A DNA stretch of 56,767 nt from an uncultured virus (IMG/VR IMGVR_UViG_3300028048_002245) (Duplodnaviria > Heunggongvirae > Uroviricota > Caudoviricetes): IMG/VR virus record IMGVR_UViG_3300028048_002245; one strand, given 5' to 3'. Below the pieces are notes generated by a model, which searched no databases, had not been told where the DNA came from, and saw nothing but the letters and a program-made list of their open reading frames with translations. A program made the position numbers and the translations under genes. Every line of letters begins with the position of its first letter. Positions within the stretch are counted from its first letter, which is position 1. Below, in pieces: positions 51,049-56,767 of the stretch.

Positions 51049-51450
51049 ATGGACCAGTATATACGACACAACAGACACAAGTACGATTTGGAAGTACACC
51101 TTATCTTTGCAACCAAGTATCGGAAACAAATACTCAAAGGAGCTTTGGCTGATGACATTAAACAAAAAATATATGACATCTGCAACCGTGATGGTTATAG
51201 TATCGTAGCCATGGAAACAGACAAAGACCATATCCATATACTGTTAAGGTATGGAGTAACTGACCGTGTATGCGATATCGTTAAGGTACTCAAACAGGAG
51301 ACTACATACTATATCTGGCAAAGATATTCTAAGTTTCTTAGACAATGCTATTGGAAAAAGAAAATCTTTTGGTCTGATGGATACTTTGCCTGTAGCGTGG
51401 GAAAAGTCTCACGGGCGACAATAAAACATTATATCGACACACAGGGGTAG
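51049..51450 (+). CDS. tnpA: IS200/IS605 transposase TnpA
   Basis: HLIFATKYRK, DHIH, FWSDGYF, YIDTQG. Confidence 0.93.
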   Translation: MDQYIRHNRHKYDLEVHLIFATKYRKQILKGALADDIKQKIYDICNRDGYSIVAMETDKDHIHILLRYGVTDRVCDIVKVLKQETTYYIWQRYSKFLRQCYWKKKIFWSDGYFACSVGKVSRATIKHYIDTQG

Positions 51451-51787
51451 TCCGGTCGCTCCTCCCACCGCCTAAAGGCAGTGGGCTTCCGCTCCCTCAA
51501 AATTTGGTGAACCTCACACGACTAAAGTCGCGGGTGTTAGCCTGCTTTAAGAAAAGCATCCAGAATTACCTGGTATGCGGTCGTGGTCGTGCTTCTGGTT
51601 TATCCGGAAACACGTCCAGCGTTCAGACATTATGCAGATATACTCATATCATATCTGCTCGGAACTCACTCAGTTCCGACAGGATTTGCCAGCCGCTGGA
51701 CATATCTGATATGGCAGCAGCTGGTATTCCCTGTCAGATGGTTAGTCGGGCTGTTACCGTTCTAAAATTTTTTGGGTTATTTTAGGA

Positions 51788-52840
51788 TTATTCTAGCTTC
51801 AGTTTATATGCTTTATCTATCAGCTTCGGCACTTCCTGCCTGCGATTGTTCCCTATATCGGCATAGCGGGCAGTTGTATTTACCGACTCATGACCCAATG
51901 CATCCTTGACCAGATATATATCATTCGTCTCCCGGTAGAGCTGGGTGGCGAATGTTGAACGTAATTTATGTGGTGTTATATGCTTGTTCGGGATGACAGC
52001 TGAGTATTTCTTTATCATACGCTCTACAGAACGCACAGAGAGCCTGCTGCCCTTACGGGAGATAAACAGGGCAGTAAGAGAGGTGTCCTTGGGTCTTTCA
52101 TTGTCCAGATAACTTTGTATTGCATACATGGCTTCTTCGTCAAAATAAGCATAGCTTTCATTGCCACCTTTTCGTATAATCCTTATCGATCTGTTTTTCA
52201 TGTTTATATCGTCAAGATCAAGCCCTACAAGCTCAGATATACGGATTCCTGTACGGAGCAGGAGAGTGACTATGGCGATGTCCCTTTCCTTCATCTTGTC
52301 ACAGGCTTCTTTCTGTTTCGCAGTAAGTGTCTCGCCGGATTCTACGTTGTCAACAAAATCTTCGACTTCATCATTTTCCATCATAATGATAGCTTTTTTC
52401 TTGAGTTTTGGATTAGGGATAAGAACTGTAGGGTTATTTTTGAGCATTTTCATGTTCTGAAGATATTTGTACAGACTTCTGAGAGCAGAAAGCTTCCTTG
52501 CCTTGCCAGTAGCCGAATTCTGATATGTTTTTCCGTCACGTTCATAACTCGTAAGGAATACAAGATATTCCTGTATATCCTGAGCTTCGAGATTATCCAG
52601 TATATCTACAGAAACAGATACTACATCCTTTATTGACGGGTTGCTTTCTGTAATATAGTAAAAGAACACATCCAGATCATAAGCATATCCGAGAACTGTC
52701 CTTGGCTGTGCATTCTTTACTGATAGATAAAATGAGAAGAAATCTTTTGTATAGGACGGCATGGATTTTTCCATTGTCTGTATTTTCTTTATGATCGATG
52801 CTTTCTGGCTGTCCAGATATCTGTTCGACGGATTCGACAT
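51788..52840 (-). CDS. Tyrosine recombinase (XerC/XerS-like)
   Basis: Catalytic R (TGIRISEL), K, HKLR, LGH and Y residues present. Confidence 0.92.
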   Translation of the reverse strand: MSNPSNRYLDSQKASIIKKIQTMEKSMPSYTKDFFSFYLSVKNAQPRTVLGYAYDLDVFFYYITESNPSIKDVVSVSVDILDNLEAQDIQEYLVFLTSYERDGKTYQNSATGKARKLSALRSLYKYLQNMKMLKNNPTVLIPNPKLKKKAIIMMENDEVEDFVDNVESGETLTAKQKEACDKMKERDIAIVTLLLRTGIRISELVGLDLDDINMKNRSIRIIRKGGNESYAYFDEEAMYAIQSYLDNERPKDTSLTALFISRKGSRLSVRSVERMIKKYSAVIPNKHITPHKLRSTFATQLYRETNDIYLVKDALGHESVNTTARYADIGNNRRQEVPKLIDKAYKLKLE

Positions 52841-52946
52841 AATATATACCTCCTGTCATAATGTCGCAAAGTGAATATTTGACGGCATTATAGACACAAC
52901 ATAATATTACCACTCTGCTCCTGATCTGTCAAATAATATTTTACCT

Positions 52947-54287
52947 TCATTGTGTTGGAGGCATAATAAATTTTCCGTGCTTCTGTATATGTGATCGTTT
53001 TTCGATTTCCTCTGGTGTCATTTGTGAAGAAATTGAAAGCAAAACCTCTTCAAGACGAGGATTTATTCTTAAATTCCTTTCTCTTTTTCTTCTAACAATG
53101 CCAAAACATCCGACAGGTGAAATATATATATCTTCAGGTGCATCCGGAGAAACAATGGCACTCATGTCTTTAAATTCACAATTTTCAGGTGTGGCCGTAC
53201 AGTTTAAAGTATAATATGTACCAACCTCAACAAGTTCTTTTCCAAAATCGATGAAAAAACCTTGTTTATCGACATCCGTTATTTTCGATAACAGTAAATC
53301 TCTTCTCTTATCCAGATTCAAATTATCTTTATCATATTCTAGGAGACGTTTTCCAATCCATCGTACTACCGGAACAGCCCAGGAATTTCCTATAACCTGA
53401 TACCTGTTTGTTTTTTTAGCCTTTGGCAGATATGTATAATTGTCGGGAAAGCCCATCAGTCTTTCGCATTCCAGGGTTGACAATCTACGGATTCTGTCAT
53501 CCTGAACCACAAAAAGGGAGCCATTATAAGCGGCTGCATTTCCGTTCCATTTGGTACCATATGCAGAATACAGGCAGTCTGTATATTCTCTAAAGACTTC
53601 AAAATGATGCCCTTCTTTTTCAAAAGTAAGGGGTGCAGATGGATATTTCTGCAACTCATGCGTATGTATTTCAAAGAGGATATTTTCTGGAAAAAAATCT
53701 TTTCCCCCAGCTATCAGATAAAGCCGTCTTCTTTGTTGCGGCAAACCAAAATACTTAGCATCAAGAACACGCCACGCAATATTCCTTTTTGGACCGTGGA
53801 TTACGCCTGCATTGGGCCAACGTTTACGTTCTATAACATTTGAAAAACCTGCTAACAAACTTACAAGACATCCAAATGCATTTGTTTTATCTGTCAAAAC
53901 ACCTTCGACATTTTCCCAAAATACTATGCCATGGCTTTTTCCTTCCTTCTTACGTTTTTCATCATTTGCCTCCACGATGTCAACAAACTTCAACGTAAGA
54001 TTCCCTCGGTCATCATTTAAGCCATTTTGCCAGCCAGCCAAAGAAAAGGCCTGGCACGGTGTCCCGCCACATAACAAATCAGGAGCCAAAATCTCCCCTT
54101 TTTTTATTTTCTTAGGTATATCATTCATGTCTCCCAGATTTGGCTTATCTGGATATTTCGCCTTTAGGATTTGCGATGGAAAATCTGCTATTTCGGAAAA
54201 CCAATCAAACTCCATTCCTAAAGGTCTCCAGGCAACTGATGCGGCCTCAATGCCTGAACAAATACTTCCAACTTTCATACATTTCAT
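52947..54287 (-). CDS. C5 cytosine DNA methyltransferase (no cognate restriction gene seen)
   Basis: CSGIEA (motif I), GGTPCQAFS (IV), WENVEG (VI), QRRRR (VIII), IGNS (X). Confidence 0.92.
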   Translation of the reverse strand: MKCMKVGSICSGIEAASVAWRPLGMEFDWFSEIADFPSQILKAKYPDKPNLGDMNDIPKKIKKGEILAPDLLCGGTPCQAFSLAGWQNGLNDDRGNLTLKFVDIVEANDEKRKKEGKSHGIVFWENVEGVLTDKTNAFGCLVSLLAGFSNVIERKRWPNAGVIHGPKRNIAWRVLDAKYFGLPQQRRRLYLIAGGKDFFPENILFEIHTHELQKYPSAPLTFEKEGHHFEVFREYTDCLYSAYGTKWNGNAAAYNGSLFVVQDDRIRRLSTLECERLMGFPDNYTYLPKAKKTNRYQVIGNSWAVPVVRWIGKRLLEYDKDNLNLDKRRDLLLSKITDVDKQGFFIDFGKELVEVGTYYTLNCTATPENCEFKDMSAIVSPDAPEDIYISPVGCFGIVRRKRERNLRINPRLEEVLLSISSQMTPEEIEKRSHIQKHGKFIMPPTQ

Positions 54288-54478
54288 TCGTTGATAAGAC
54301 GCTCATACAGTTTCTGCTTCCAGACAGGTCATGACCGTATCTTAGCAATCGTCACGTCATAAGTCTCCCTGTTAAGCCATTCGGGTTTCTTGCCTACATT
54401 TCCTTTCTTACGGACAGGTGGTTTTTCTGTAGACATAGGTTTTGATGTGTACATAGGTAGGTATCCTATCACTCACTT

Positions 54479-54640
54479 TCAGTTGATTTGTCGCCCGCTT
54501 TGCTCCTTTGCCTTGCAATCCTTGCATATATACCAACATATCAGGTGGAGGTCTCTTGAATCTAACCTGTGGTGGAGTATGCTTGTTTCATCAATCGGAA
54601 AATGCTTTTTGCATCTGTAACATTTAACCATTCTTTTCAT
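54479..54640 (-). CDS. Small zinc-finger-like protein (53 aa)
   Basis: MKRMVKCYRCKK...ICKDCK; start codon abuts the IscB element end. Confidence 0.5.
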   Translation of the reverse strand: MKRMVKCYRCKKHFPIDETSILHHRLDSRDLHLICWYICKDCKAKEQSGRQIN

Positions 54641-56278
54641 AATTATTCTGACGGCGGAAACTCCGATGCTTTAGCATCGGGGTGGAGCCGTCTTTATCCT
54701 TTCTTTTGTTAAGTGTTGTTCTCTGGTACGATATATCTGTCCACCATATATCCGCTACAAGGCTGTATCATATGTATTTTTTTGCAGCTGACGGAACCGT
54801 TGTTTACTTTACCTGTACCATTAAAGAGCCTTATGTCAAAATATCCTGTTTTACGTCTGCCAAAAATGAAGTAATGGCTCCAGCCTTTGTATGATACATG
54901 GTCAAAGAGCCTGAAGCCTTTTATCTCATATTCAGCCTGATTACGTTTTCTGATACCGTCCTTAAGTATTTTAGCTTTGTGTATCTGCCTGTTGTGGCAT
55001 CGTATCTTTCTATATGCATACACTACGTCACCATCTTTACAGGTGCTCTTGGCATCTGGATGACCACTTATGCATCTGGCATCTATGTAATGGTCTTTTG
55101 GCAGATTATGTTCTATCCTTGTATTCTTGGTGATGTATCCGTATGTCAGATGTACATCAGGATACAATCCTTTCAGCCTGTCATTGAGCGCCCAACGCAT
55201 GATACCCATGAATGTGGCATCCTTAAAGCTCATGCTACGGTGTATCGCTTTTGGCAGCTTCACAACTCCCATATGGTATCCTCTGTGACACGTTTCGCAC
55301 AAGGTTATCAGGTTGTTCGGTGCATTACCGCCGGTCTTTCGGCTTTCGATATGATGGACGTTAAGTATCTTATCGCCTGACTTACCGTGACAGCACTGAC
55401 ACTGATGACCATCCCTGAAGAGTACATATTCTCTTACGTTCCAGAAGTCGAGCTGTTCACCTTTCTGATACTCGGTGCCCTGAATATCCGGGTTCTTTAT
55501 CTTCTGGATGTCAAAAGACGCAACTTCAACTGTTATTTTTGTTATTGGCAGTATCTCATGTACTTTTTGCACTGCCGTAAGATGTGTCTCGACTTTTTCT
55601 CTTACTGATGGAGCAAGCCATCCGTCCCCACGCCTGCGGTTATCGAAGCGTGGTTTTCTGTATCTTGTTTTGCGGCTCCTTCTGCTCCGTCGGTACTCGC
55701 GCCTTGTGGAAAGTTCATCCACTATATCATTTCGCAGCTGTATATCAGCTTCAAACAGGACTTTTGTCTCCGTAGTTGCCGACAAGCCTATGTGTCTGCT
55801 TCCTGCGTCTACCCCAAGACTTATATCCTGCGTATATTCCGTACTGTCATACAGAAGTCTTATCGTGAATGGATACCTCCTGACTGTCTCTGCCTTTTTA
55901 GTCTTTAACAGGATACGGACTTTTGCATGGTTTTGTGTAGGCATCAGAGGCTTGTTATCTTTACTCAAAACGTAGACCATTAGTCTGCATCCTCCTTTCC
56001 TAGTATTAGAGCACTAAGGTTCTAGCTTCTCACTCCTAAGAGTGGTCATCGTACCATCGCCAATGTTATCGGAAGGTTTATATGTCAGCAGCACTGTTCC
56101 TACCTCACAGAGCTGTTTAACCACTGACCGCAGTGTTCAGAGCTTGGTACTACACCCTGAAGTGCCTGTATATTCTTCCGTAACGTAGTTCTTTAAGAGC
56201 TTAGGCTATTCAATGTGGGATTATGAGTTGGCAAAGCCTTCTCATAATCCCCTATGCTTTAGCATAGGGGTCGTTGAA
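54641..56278 (-). mobile_element. IscB-encoding IS element (second family) with omegaRNA at ~55990-56278
   Basis: Ends TTCAACGACCCCTATGCTAAAGCATAGGGG and CCGATGCTAAAGCATCGG; followed by ATGAA. Confidence 0.88.
54709..55980 (-). CDS. iscB: IscB RNA-guided endonuclease
   Basis: PLMP, GVDAGS, bridge helix, HNH, HYIDARCI. Confidence 0.95.
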   Translation of the reverse strand: MVYVLSKDNKPLMPTQNHAKVRILLKTKKAETVRRYPFTIRLLYDSTEYTQDISLGVDAGSRHIGLSATTETKVLFEADIQLRNDIVDELSTRREYRRSRRSRKTRYRKPRFDNRRRGDGWLAPSVREKVETHLTAVQKVHEILPITKITVEVASFDIQKIKNPDIQGTEYQKGEQLDFWNVREYVLFRDGHQCQCCHGKSGDKILNVHHIESRKTGGNAPNNLITLCETCHRGYHMGVVKLPKAIHRSMSFKDATFMGIMRWALNDRLKGLYPDVHLTYGYITKNTRIEHNLPKDHYIDARCISGHPDAKSTCKDGDVVYAYRKIRCHNRQIHKAKILKDGIRKRNQAEYEIKGFRLFDHVSYKGWSHYFIFGRRKTGYFDIRLFNGTGKVNNGSVSCKKIHMIQPCSGYMVDRYIVPENNT

Positions 56279-56562
56279 TCTGTCGCCTCGTCCATCTTTG
56301 CTCCGCAGTAAGGACAGTATTCAAAAAGCTGCTGACCGTAGTCTGTATCCCAGTACGCTTCTTCATGACACTCGCTACAGTAATACACGCCATTGCTGTA
56401 TTCCGCCCAATGTCCGTGCTTCACAGGGTCGATCGTAGGCTCTAAATCGACTAGCCTTACATCTTCCTGCCTGCACTTTGGAAAAAACGGCTCTCCGCTC
56501 TCCTTGAATTTCTTGTAAATGCTCACTCTCAGATGCTCTGCATCAATTAATCTCTGGCTCAT
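56242..56562 (-). CDS. Phage-type zinc-ribbon protein (C-terminus altered by IS insertion)
   Basis: MSQRLIDA...PVKHGHW..CSEC..YCPYCGAKMD. Confidence 0.8.
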   Translation of the reverse strand: MSQRLIDAEHLRVSIYKKFKESGEPFFPKCRQEDVRLVDLEPTIDPVKHGHWAEYSNGVYYCSECHEEAYWDTDYGQQLFEYCPYCGAKMDEATDSTTPMLKHRGL

Positions 56563-56641
56563 TCTGCTACCTCACCTATCCTCACACCATAATTAGGGCA
56601 AAACCTTTTCTTATTTACCCCTTTTTTTCTCATAGTAGTAT

Positions 56642-56767
56642 GTCAACTACACCCCGACTAAAGTCGGGGGCTTGTGGGGTGTGACTCAAGTGCTTAAGAT
56701 ACATGATTACATACCACAACTTATCCAGATACAGCAGACTCGCTAAATACCCCGCAGGATATAAAGT
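56642..56767. mobile_element. End of another IS200/IS605-family element, probably running out of the window
   Basis: GTCAACTAC + CCCCGACTAAAGTCGGGG hairpin. Confidence 0.55.

Larger units (their letters stand above)
49632..51505 (-). mobile_element. IS605-type element with divergent tnpA/tnpB
   Basis: End hairpins CCCACGGTCTAAAGGCCGGTGGG and CCCACCGCCTAAAGGCAGTGGG. Confidence 0.85.

Noticed and set aside
52858..52891. Imperfect palindrome upstream of the recombinase as a dif/att site
   Set aside because: Does not match dif consensus; could be a 5' UTR hairpin
139..55975. Many antisense or overlapping ORFs in the six-frame track (e.g. 3045-3722, 42473-43099, 46462-47091, 52115-52636)
   Set aside because: Shadow ORFs of well-supported genes with no RBS or motifs

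Overview
Gene-dense, IS-riddled segment of what looks like a large Firmicutes (Lachnospiraceae-like) extrachromosomal replicon, either a jumbo phage or a megaplasmid. This is an inference: no virion or conjugation genes lie in the window. It carries a DNA polymerase III alpha (dnaE) split by a group I intron, an iteron-like repeat region, guanylate kinase, a tyrosine recombinase, a C5 DNA methyltransferase, a PARP-like ADP-ribosyltransferase, a divergent GGDEF/EAL pair, tmRNA, two tRNAs and many small hypothetical genes with recurring promoter and leader motifs. IS200/IS605-superfamily elements are very dense: three IscB with omegaRNAs, several TnpB and TnpA genes, and non-autonomous derivatives down to about 48 bp. 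The highlight is at 42.1-44.3 kb. A divergent, catalytically intact TnpB-derived RuvC protein (about 561 aa, with an extra C-terminal domain) is followed by a structured ncRNA-like region and a 5-repeat CRISPR array, with no cas1/cas2 in the window. This is a candidate compact type V (Cas12-like / TnpB-to-Cas12 intermediate) system. All calls are by-eye reading; no database searches were run.
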